Part shown: piece by piece, positions 45,834 through 57,200 of the stretch
Layout of the letters: each line of letters starts with the position of its first letter
Numbering within the stretch: the first letter of the stretch is position 1
IMG/VR virus record: IMGVR_UViG_3300034106_004043
DNA from: a virus
Taxonomy: Duplodnaviria; Caudoviricetes
Strand: one strand, 5' to 3'
DNA: 64,000 nt
Translations under genes and position numbers: made by a program
Notes under the pieces: model-generated
Told to the model about the DNA's origin: nothing
The model's input: only the letters and a program-made list of their open reading frames with translations
Database searches by the model: none

Positions 45834-46706
45834 TTACCAACACTGTATTATTACTAAACCATCACCTCCACGTCCTCCTGTCCCTCCAACACCTGTAGGT
45901 GTGGTACCAGCACCACCACCTCCACCACCAGTACCAATGTTTCCATCACCACCTGCTCCACCTGAAGCAGGTGTAGTACCACCTCCTCCACCACCACTTC
46001 CTGCAATAGAATAGAATGGGGTTAATGAAAATACCCCTACACTACCTGCACCACCTGACTGTCCTCCAGTATTTGTAGGGACTATACCTGCACCTGTTAA
46101 ATTTCCTCCATTTGTTGGTGTGGTAGCTCCTGCCGCCATACCCCCTCCACCAGCACCCCCATATAACATACCAAGAGAACCCCATGTAAGTGAAGTTCCA
46201 TTAGTTGTTGTCCCTGCACCTCCACCAAGGCCTGCAATTGTTGTCCAAACTCCAATCGTTGAGTATAATGCGTCTGCAACGTTAGCGGTGGAGCCTCCAT
46301 TACCAGCAGTTGCTCCATTACCTCCAGTACCACCTGAAGTGGTTATAATACGTGTATATATATCAGTATTACCAGGAACAGGCATATCAACAAATGTAGG
46401 ACCTCCATTACTTCCAGCTCCTCCACTCGATACTCCCCCAGCACCTCCAGTACCTACATTTATTATCAAAGAATCTGTTATAAAAATTTCAGGAATAATT
46501 AATCTAGTTAAACATCCACCTCCACCACCTCCACCTCCTGACCTATTATTTGCAGATGAGTTAGTAGCACCACCAGCTCCCCCACCACCAGCACTAATAG
46601 CAGTAATGGATATCATAGTTATACCTTGAGGTTTTATCCAAGTTCCTGACTGATAAAACACTTGTGTTTTATAACTATAATCAGCTAAATCATATACAAA
46701 ACTCAT
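45834..46706 (-). CDS. glycine-rich domain protein, paralogue 2 (putative adhesin)
   Basis: PQGITMISI..ISAGGGG and GGDGLVIIQCW. Confidence 0.8.
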   Translation of the reverse strand: MSFVYDLADYSYKTQVFYQSGTWIKPQGITMISITAISAGGGGAGGATNSSANNRSGGGGGGGGCLTRLIIPEIFITDSLIINVGTGGAGGVSSGGAGSNGGPTFVDMPVPGNTDIYTRIITTSGGTGGNGATAGNGGSTANVADALYSTIGVWTTIAGLGGGAGTTTNGTSLTWGSLGMLYGGAGGGGMAAGATTPTNGGNLTGAGIVPTNTGGQSGGAGSVGVFSLTPFYSIAGSGGGGGGTTPASGGAGGDGNIGTGGGGGGAGTTPTGVGGTGGRGGDGLVIIQCW

Positions 46707-46718
46707 ATTACATACAAA

Positions 46719-47621
46719 TTACCAACAAGTTATTATTACCATCCCAGGTCCTCCATCTCCACCACTACCACGTGTGGTTCCTGAACCCCCACCTCCTCCT
46801 CCACAACCAATTTCACCTTTTCCACCATTACCAGCAGTTCCAAGAGCAAAAGAACCACCACCAGCTCCTCCTAATGAGAAAAAAGGTAAGTTTATAAAAA
46901 TACCACTTGCCCCATTATTTGTTCCACCACCCGCACCTCCTGTCATTGTTGGGATTGTTGCACTTCCGGTAATATTACCACCGGCGAAATTTGCGTCAGC
47001 CGCACTTTTTCCTCCTCCAGCAGCTCCGCCTGTTATTGGTAATCCTGACGACGCAACAGTTATTGAACCTCCAGCGGCAGCATTGACACCTCCCGCACCT
47101 GCTTGTCCAGCGATAGACACAAAAGTACCCATTGTTAGATAAATTGCGTTTCCTTGAGTTGCAATTGCTCCTGCACCTCCACCGGCAGAGGAAGCACCAG
47201 CAGCACCTACGTTTCCACCTGAACCCGCGGCCGCGAATACTACACGAGTTTGGATAGCAGTCGTATCCCCTCTTGCGATATCAACATATGTCGACGCACC
47301 ATTCGCGCCTCCTGAACCTCCTGTACCACCCGTACCTCCAGCACCAACAGTTACTTTTAAACTTTCAGATAATAAAATAGCAGGTATTGTTAATCGAGTT
47401 ATTGCCCCCGAACCACCACCACTACCGCCTGAAGCCGCAGTACCCGTAGATTGGTTACCCGAAGCTCCTCCTCCTCCAGCACCAATAGCCGTGATATGTA
47501 CCATAGTAATACCTCTTGGTTTAACCCAATAAAAAGTACTTAAAGAGGCATTGGTACCTATTGTCCCTGTATAGATTTTAGTGTGATATTGATTGTCAGC
47601 TAAATTGTAATAGTCAATCAT
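46719..47621 (-). CDS. glycine-rich domain protein, paralogue 1 (putative adhesin)
   Basis: PRGITMVHI..IGAGGGG and GGPGMVIITCW. Confidence 0.8.
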   Translation of the reverse strand: MIDYYNLADNQYHTKIYTGTIGTNASLSTFYWVKPRGITMVHITAIGAGGGGASGNQSTGTAASGGSGGGSGAITRLTIPAILLSESLKVTVGAGGTGGTGGSGGANGASTYVDIARGDTTAIQTRVVFAAAGSGGNVGAAGASSAGGGAGAIATQGNAIYLTMGTFVSIAGQAGAGGVNAAAGGSITVASSGLPITGGAAGGGKSAADANFAGGNITGSATIPTMTGGAGGGTNNGASGIFINLPFFSLGGAGGGSFALGTAGNGGKGEIGCGGGGGGSGTTRGSGGDGGPGMVIITCW

Positions 47622-47627
47622 AATTTT

Positions 47628-47813
47628 TTAAGCCCATGATGGTCTTGGAGGGTTTGAATCAACAACTCGGTATCCGAAATTTATTGTCAAATCTAAAGTA
47701 TTACCGTCTAAATCGGTTAATCTTAAACATTGTCCTGCCATCCAATCTATTTCCATATATCCCATAGATACTGGCGAACCGTATTCAAATTGTATTAATT
47801 GGTATATTAACAT
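47628..47813 (-). CDS. hypothetical protein (61 aa)
   Basis: ORF track; stop/start overlap with the upstream gene. Confidence 0.65.
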   Translation of the reverse strand: MLIYQLIQFEYGSPVSMGYMEIDWMAGQCLRLTDLDGNTLDLTINFGYRVVDSNPPRPSWA

Positions 47814-48232
47814 TAGTAGTCCCCTCCTATAACCGTTGCGTCAATACCACCAGCGGCTGCGGCACCGATTGTTACATAAATTATATAATTAGGAGGTAAA
47901 GCAAACATAAGTGGTAATTCATAGTTGGTTGACGCTGCGTTGGTAACAAATGTTGCATTTGCCGCAATTGTTATTTCATCAAATAAAGTGTTATTAGCTG
48001 CGGTAGTAGTTGTTGAACCATTATTAATCCAAACACGACCAACAGTTGCCGCCGAATTTGCACCTGTATGTCTAAATCTTATTTTTTGCACATAACTCCC
48101 TTCGGTACCTGCGGTAAAAACAGGATAAACTGTACCTGAGGTTAAATCTCCCGTATTATTCGCAGCCGTAATGCTAACATTCCACATAATCTCAGGTCTT
48201 AGTGTAAAAATTGGTGCTGTATTTGCTGGCAT
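47813..48232 (-). CDS. hypothetical beta-rich protein (139 aa), probably fibre-associated
   Basis: ORF track; directly downstream of the giant repeat gene, with TATTTAT upstream. Confidence 0.7.
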   Translation of the reverse strand: MPANTAPIFTLRPEIMWNVSITAANNTGDLTSGTVYPVFTAGTEGSYVQKIRFRHTGANSAATVGRVWINNGSTTTTAANNTLFDEITIAANATFVTNAASTNYELPLMFALPPNYIIYVTIGAAAAGGIDATVIGGDY

Positions 48233-48268
48233 AGTATTATAATAATTTAATTTAGTTTATTATAAATA

Positions 48269-51200
48269 TTATATAAAGTTAAAATTGTTTGCTGTTGTAT
48301 AAACAAGTCCTAATGTGAATGTTCCACCCGCAGCTCCTGCAGCTCCTGAGGTACCTGATGAACCAGTAATACCCGATGAACCTGAAGTACCTGATGAACC
48401 TGATGTTCCAGATGTACCGTTAACAATAATAGTAACTGCACATACGTCATTTACTGTAAGTGTTGTATCACCACCATTTGTATATAATGCACCTGTAAAC
48501 AAATAATCACTACCACTTACACTTACATTGTTGAAGTAGTAAATATCAATTTTATTTGAACCATTTAAATTAAAAATTAAATATACAATCCCTTGTGTTC
48601 CAACTAAGTTTAAAAAATAATCACTTAAATCTGCTGAGTCAGCAGTTACTACGTCAAATTTCAAATCATACACCGCTACACCCGCTCCTTGATAAGTAAA
48701 TTGACCTGAAGCAGGTGCACCTCCTGTCCCACCACCGTATTGGTATTGAAGACCACCTTTATTACCTTGACTACCTGATGTGCCTGATGAACCACTTGTT
48801 CCTCTTGAACCCGTACTTCCGCTAGACCCCGAACTACCTGAAGAACCCGAACTTCCACTAGAACCACTTGTTCCCGATGAACCTGAAGAACCTGAACTAC
48901 CAGATGAACCTGATGTGCCAGAACTACCTGATGAACCACTTGAACCTGATGTTCCTGAGCTTCCGCTTGTCCCTGAAGAACCAAAACCTGATGAACCAGA
49001 TGTTCCACTAATACCATCTAATCCGCTTGTTCCTGATGAACCTGAACCTGAGCTACCTGATGAACCAGCACTTCCTGAAGAACCGCTAGTTCCACTACTT
49101 CCTGTAATACCTGAAGAACCTGAGCTTCCACTTGAACCTGATGAGCCAGAAGAACCTGATGTTCCTGAACTACCGCTAGTACCCGAAGAACCTGTATTAC
49201 CGCTTGAACCTGAACTTCCTGAAGAACCGCTAGTTCCTGAGCTACCACTTGTACCTGTACTACCCGATGAACCCGAACTTCCTGAAGAACCACTTGTTCC
49301 TGATGAACCTGATGTACCAGAACTTCCAGTATTACCTGACGAGCCTGAACTACCCGCACTTCCACTTGAACCTGATGTTCCTGAGCTTCCACTTGTTCCT
49401 GATGAACCTGTATTACCAGAACTACCACTACTTCCTGAAGAACCACCTGACCCTGATGTACCCGAAGAACCAGATGTTCCTGAGCTACCACTTGAACCTG
49501 AAGTTCCACTCGTTCCTCTTGACCCTGTACTACCAGATGAACCAGAACTACCACTAGAACCTGATGACCCACTACTACCTGAAGTTCCTGAAGAACCGCT
49601 AGTTCCACTTGACCCAGCACTTCCACTAGAACCTGAACTTCCGCTTGACCCCGAACTACCTGAAGAGCCTGATGTACCACTTGAACCAGAAGTTCCTGAT
49701 GAACCACTATTACCCGAAGAACCTGAGCTTCCACTTGAGCCAGAAGACCCTGATGTTCCTGATGAACCGCTAGTACCAGATGAACCTGTGTTTCCACTTG
49801 ACCCTGAACTACCAGCACTTCCTGAAGAACCACTTGTCCCTACTGAACCTGAAGTACCAGCACTACCGCTAGAACCAGAACTACCTGTACTACCACTTGA
49901 GCCTGATGTTCCAGAACTACCACTTGTTCCTGTACTACCCGATGAACCGCTAGTTCCTGAAGTACCACTTGTTCCTCTTGAGCCTGTACTTCCGCTAGAA
50001 CCCGAAGACCCACTTGAGCCTGAACTTCCAGCACTTCCTGAAGAACCACTTGTACCTACCGAACCTGAAGTACCAGCACTACCGCTAGAACCACTACTTC
50101 CACTTGAACCAGATGAACCTGACGTTCCACTACTACCAGATGCCCCTGAACTTCCACTAGACCCTGACGAGCCACTTGAACCAGAAGAACCGCTAGAACC
50201 TGAAGTCCCTGATGAACCAGAGCTACCTGATGTTCCGCTACTTCCATTAGCACCTGATGTACCAGCAGAGCCAGAACTACCACTACTTCCCGAAGAACCT
50301 GAACTTCCACTTGTACCAGATGTTCCCGAACTTCCGTTAACTCCTGATGTTCCTGAACTACCACTTGAACCTGATGAACCAGCACTTCCTGATGAACCAC
50401 TTGACCCAGATGTTCCACTGCTTCCATTAGCACCTGATGTACCAGCACTTCCTGAAGAACCAGTTGAACCTGAACTTCCACTAGAACCACTACTACCTGA
50501 TGTTCCACTACTTCCATTGGCTCCAGATGTTCCTGATGAACCTGAACTACCACTTGAACCCGAACTACCACTTGAGCCAGAAGAACCTGATGTACCAGAG
50601 CTACCATTAGAACCAGAAGTTCCTGAAGACCCACTTGAACCTGAGCTACCTGATGTTCCCGATGTTCCTGAGGTTCCTGAAGAACCACTAGTACCTCTTG
50701 AACCCGTACTACCCGATGACCCTGAACTACCACTACTTCCACTAGAACCTGATGTTCCAACAGAACCAGAACTACCGCTACTTCCACTTGAACCAGATGA
50801 ACCACTTGAGCCAGATGTTCCTGAACTACCATTAGCACCTGATGTACCAGAACTTCCAGCACTACCACTAGAACCTGAAGAACCACTAGACCCTGAACTT
50901 CCTGATGTTCCACTTGAACCAGAAGAACCTGTACTTCCTGAACTACCACTTGAACCAGATGTCCCAGTTGAACCTGAACTTCCTGATGAACCAGCACTTC
51001 CGCTAGACCCCGAACTACCTGATGTTCCACTGCTTCCATTGGCCCCCGATGTACCACTACTTCCTGAGCTTCCAGCACTACCGCTAGAACCTGACGAACC
51101 ACTTGTACCTGAAGAACCGTTAGTTCCAGATGTTCCCGACGAACCTGAAGAACCACTAGAACCTGAAGAACCTGATGTACCCGAAGTACCTGATGTTCCT

Positions 51201-54200
51201 CTTGAACCAGTACTTCCTGAAGAACCTGAACTACCACTACTTCCTGAACTTCCACTCGTACCAGCACTTCCTGATGAACCAGAACTTCCTGATGAACCGC
51301 TAGAACCTGATGTTCCAACGGAACCAGAACTACCACTTGAACCAGATGTTCCTGAACTTCCATTAGCACCTGATGTACCCGCAGAGCCAGATGACCCTGA
51401 ACTACCACTACTTCCTGAAGAACCACTTGTACCTGAACTTCCGTTAGCTCCCGATGTACCTGATGAACCACTACTTCCTGAGCTTCCGGATGACCCCGAA
51501 CTACCTGATGTACCAACAGAGCCAGAACTTCCTGAACTTCCAGTACTACCGCTAGACCCTGACGAACCACTTGTTCCTGACGAACCTGATGTTCCGCTAC
51601 TACCCGATGAACCTGAACTACCAGCACTTCCTGAAGAGCCACTTGTCCCTACTGAACCTGAAGTACCAGCACTACCACTAGAACCACTACTACCTGATGT
51701 ACCACTAGTACCCGATGTTCCTCTTGAACCTGTAGAACCTGAACTTCCGGATGAACCACTTGAACCAGAACTTCCTGAAGAACCAGATGTACCTGATGTT
51801 CCACTATTTCCTGAACTACCACTAGTACCGTTTGTACCATCAACACCACTTAATCCTGATGAACCCGAAGTACCAACAGAACCTGAACTCCCACTACTAC
51901 CCGATGAACCAGAACTTCCTGATGTACCATTTGAACCAGATGTTCCTGAACTACCACTAGTTCCTGAAGTACCGCTAGTTCCTCTTGAACCTGTACTACC
52001 AGATGACCCTGAACTTCCACTAGAACCCGATGAACCGCTAGACCCTGAAGAACCACTAGTTCCACTTGAACCTGAGCTTCCTGAAGTACCTGTACTACCC
52101 GATGAACCAGAACTTCCTGAACTACCACTAGAACCAGTACTTCCCGAAGTTCCTGATGTCCCGCTTGTACCTACAGAACCTGACGTTCCTGAGCTTCCAG
52201 TACTACCGCTAGAACCTGATGAACCTGATGTTCCACTACTACCTGATGTTCCAGTACTTCCACTTGAACCTGAACTACCACTTGAGCCAGAAGAACCAGC
52301 ACTACCTGATGTTCCTGTACTTCCTGACGAACCACTTGAGCCAGTACTTCCTGACGAACCAGATGTTCCAACACTTCCGCTTGAGCCTGATGTTCCACTA
52401 GTACCTACACTACCTGAAGTACCACTTGTACCCGATGTACCTACAGAACCCGAAGAACCTGAACTTCCACTAGTCCCCGAAGTACCTACCGAACCACTAG
52501 TCCCCGATGTTCCTGATGAACCAGATGTTCCTGACGTTCCGCTAGTTCCTGACGAACCAGAAGTTCCACTTGTTCCTCTAGAACCTGTTGAACCAGAACT
52601 TCCGCTTGAGCCTGAGCTTCCTGAAGAACCCGTACTACCACTTGAGCCAGATGAACCTGAAGTACCAGATGAACCACTTGTTCCACTACTTCCTGAACTA
52701 CCCGTTGAACCTGATGACCCACTACTACCTGAAGTTCCTGAACTTCCGCTAGTTCCCGATGTACCTGATGAACCAGAACTACCGCTAGACCCTGAACTTC
52801 CACTACTTCCTGATGTACCTGCAGAACCAGATGACCCTGAACTACCACTACTTCCACTAGAACCTGATGTTCCACTTGTACCAGTACTCCCTGAAGAACC
52901 TGATGAGCCACTACTTCCACTCGAACCTGAAGTACCAGTTGAACCCGAACTTCCACTTGTACCAGTACTCCCTGATGACCCCGCACTACCACTTGAGCCA
53001 GAGCTTCCAGATGTTCCACTAGTACCTACTGAACCTGAAGTTCCTGAAGAACCAGACGAACCTACTGAACCTGACGTTCCTGAAGTACCAACACTTCCAG
53101 ATGAACCTGATGTTCCGCTAGTTCCTCTAGAACCTGTTGAACCAGAACTTCCTGATGAACCTGAAGTTCCACTACTCCCTGATGAACCCGCACTACCACT
53201 TGAGCCAGAGCTTCCAGATGTTCCACTACTACCTGAAGTACCAACAGAACCGCTAGACCCTGACGAGCCAGCACTACCTGATGAACCTGAAGTTCCGCTT
53301 GTACCTACTGAACCCGAACTACCTGAAGAACCTGAACTTCCACTTGAGCCAGCAGAACCTGATGTTCCTGAAGAACCATTAACCCCTGATGTACCAGCAC
53401 TTCCCGCAGAACCTGATGAACCAGTACTTCCTGAGCTTCCAGCACTACCGCTAGAACCTGACGAACCACTTGTTCCTGATGAACCGCTAGTTCCAACACT
53501 ACCACTTGAACCTGATGACCCACTTGAACCAGAAGTTCCAGATGTTCCTACACTTCCACTTGTACCTGCAGAACCTGAACTTCCACTACTTCCTGATGTT
53601 CCCGAACTACCTGAAGAACCGGATGTACCTACACTACCACTAGTTCCTGAAGTACCGCTAGTTCCTCTTGAACCTGTACTACCTGAAGAGCCAGATGACC
53701 CAGAACTTCCTGAAGAACCGCTAGAACCTGAACTACCGCTAGTTCCGCTTGACCCTGATGAACCGCTAGTACCTGATGAACCGCTAGTACCTGATGTACC
53801 AACACTACCACTTGAACCAGAAGAACCTGAACTACCACTAGTCCCTGATGTACCAACACTTCCTGAACTTCCAGCACTACCGCTAGAGCCTGAAGAACCG
53901 GATGTGCCTACACTTCCCGATGAACCACTACTTCCGCTTGACCCAGATGTACCAACAGAACCAGAACTACCACTTGTTCCAGCACTACCACTAGAACCGC
54001 TACTACCTGATGTTCCTGAAGAACCGCTAGTTCCTGTTGAACCTGAACTTCCAGATGACCCAGTACTTCCCGAAGAGCCGCTAGTACCAGATGAACCCGT
54101 ACTACCACTTGAGCCTGAACTTCCTGATGTACCACTTGTACCTACTGAACCTGAGGTTCCACTTGTTCCTACACTTCCAGATGAACCTGAACTTCCACTT

Positions 54201-57200
54201 GAACCAGACGAACCTGAATTACCACTAGTTCCGCTTGACCCTGTACTTCCGCTAGAACCTGAACTTCCACTTGAACCAGAAGAACCGCTAGTACCTACGC
54301 TACCTGATGACCCTGATGTTCCCGAACTACCACTAGAACCTGAAGTTCCAGAACTTCCTGAACTACCAGTCGAGCCAGAACTTCCTGATGAACCACTACT
54401 ACCGCTAGTACCTGAACTACCCGTACTTCCAGATGAACCTGAAGTTCCCGATGTACCTACACTACCACTTGAACCTGATGTTCCAGTACTTCCTGACGTA
54501 CCACTTGTCCCAACACTTCCTGATGTACCACTAGAACCTGATGTTCCTGAAGAACCGCTAGTTCCTCTTGAACCTGTTGACCCTGAACTTCCTGATGAAC
54601 CAGAACTTCCACTTGAACCGGATGAGCCACTTGTACCTGATGAACCGCTAGTTCCAACACTTCCACTTGAACCAGAACTTCCTGAACTTCCACTTGTACC
54701 AGATGTACCTGACGAACCTGATGTCCCAACAGAACCAGAACTTCCTGAGCTTCCAGCACTTCCGCTAGAACCTGACGAACCACTTGAACCTGATGTACCT
54801 GAACTTCCGTTAGCACCTGATGTACCCGACGAACCACTTGAACCAGATGACCCCGTACTTCCACTACTTCCTGAAGAACCAGAAGTTCCAGAACTTCCGC
54901 TTGTTCCTACACTACCACTAGACCCTGAAGAACCACTTGAACCAGATGTTCCACTAGTTCCAGAAGTACCAACACTACCACTTGAGCCAGATGTTCCGCT
55001 AGTTCCTACACTACCTGAAGAACCTGATGTTCCACTAGTACCTACACTACCCGATGAACCTGATGTTCCAACACTACCACTTGAACCTGAACTACCTGAA
55101 GAACCAGAACTACCTGATGTTCCTGAGGTTCCAGTACTTCCACTAGAACCTGCACTTCCTGAAGAACCACTTGAACCTGATGTACCAGAAGTTCCAACGC
55201 TACCACTACTACCTGAACTTCCACTTGAGCCGGTAATACCTGAAGTTCCACTTGAACCTGAACTACCTGATGAACCGCTAGTCCCTGTTGAACCAGAGGT
55301 TCCACTAGTTCCTGTACTTCCGCTAGAGCCTGAACTACCGCTAGTACCTACACTACCCGACGTACCAGAGCTTCCTGAAGACCCTGTACTTCCACTTGTA
55401 CCTGATGTTCCAGTTGAACCACTTGTTCCTGAAGTCCCCGTTGAACCTGATGTACCACTAGTTCCTGTACTTCCACTTGAACCGCTAGTTCCTGAAGTAC
55501 CCGATGTTCCTCTTGAACCTGTAGAACCTGAACTTCCGGATGAACCACTTGAACCAGAACTTCCTGAAGAACCAGATGTTCCTACACTTCCACTTGTACC
55601 AGCTGAACCTGAACTACCAGAACTTCCTGAAGACCCACTAGAACCTGATGTTCCTGAAGAACCACTTGTACCTACTGAACCTGAACTTCCTGAAGAGCCA
55701 CTTGTACCTACTGAACCTGAACTTCCAGCACTACCACTAGACCCTGAACTTCCACTGCTTCCATTGGCTCCCGATGTACCTGATGAACCAGAAGTTCCGC
55801 TAGAACCTGATGAACCAGAAGTTCCCGAAGTGCCTGATGTTCCACTTGTACCACGACTTCCTGTAGAACCAGAACTTCCTGATGAACCAGTACTACCACT
55901 ACTTCCTGACGTACCACTAGTACCACTTGAGCCAGATGTTCCTGAAGAACCTGAGCTTCCAGCACTACCACTACTTCCACTTGTTCCCGTAGAACCTGAA
56001 CTACCAGCACTACCGCTAGACCCTGAACTTCCACTACTTCCTGATGTACCAGCCGAACCACTTGTTCCTGTAGACCCAGACGAACCACTTGAACCCGAAC
56101 TTCCTGAAGAACCACTTGAACCTGTTGAGCCAGAAGAACCTGAGGTTCCTGAACTACCACTTGAGCCACTAGTTCCAGTACTTCCCGAAGAACCTGAAGT
56201 ACCTACACTTCCTGACGAGCCAGATGTTCCTGAACTTCCAGTACTACCACTTGAACCCGAAGTACCACTTGTACCTGAGCTTCCAGCGCTTCCGCTAGAA
56301 CCTGACGAACCACTAGTTCCTGAAGTACCCACACTTCCCGAACTTCCACTTGAACCTGAAGACCCAGTTGAACCCGATGTTCCACTTGTACCTGAACTTC
56401 CACTATTTCCTGACGAACCGCTAGAACCTGACGTTCCACTAGTACCCGAAGTTCCTGATGTACCAACACTACCAGATGAACCTGAACTACCTGATGTTCC
56501 TGAGGTTCCATTAGTGCCGCTTGAACCAGATGTTCCTACACTTCCTGAGCTTCCACTAGTACCTGAAGTACCTACACTTCCTGAGGAACCAGATGTTCCG
56601 CTTGTACCTACAGAACCACTTGTTCCTGAAGAACCTGACGTACCAGTAGAACCACTTGTTCCTGAAGAACCTGACGTACCAGTAGAACCACTTGAACCTG
56701 TGCTACCGCTAGAACCTGACGTTCCTGAGCTTCCAGCGCTACCGCTAGAACCTGATGAACCACTTGTTCCAGATGTTCCGCTAGTTCCTACTGAACCAGA
56801 CGTTCCACTAGTTCCAACAGAACCAGAACTTCCTGATGTTCCGCTAGTTCCTCTTGAACCCGTACTACCTGAAGAACCAGAACTTCCCGATGAACCGCTA
56901 GTACCTGAACTACCTGTTGAACCTGAACTTCCACTTGAGCCAGATGAACCTGAAGTACCACTTGTTCCTACACTTCCACTTGTACCGGCAGAACCAGAAC
57001 TTCCCGATGAACCACTTGTTCCTGATGTGCCAGAAGTTCCAACACTTCCACTAGAACCAGATGTTCCGCTACTTCCTGAACTACCTGAAGACCCACTTGA
57101 ACCTGAAGTTCCGCTAGTACCTGTAGTTCCTGATGAACCACTAGTACCTGAAGAACCTGATGTCCCACTTGTTCCCGCAGTTCCTGAAGAACCTGAAGAA

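Noticed and set aside
44928-47142. Pro/Ala-rich plus-strand ORFs opposite the glycine-rich genes
   Set aside because: Shadows of Gly/Ala codons.
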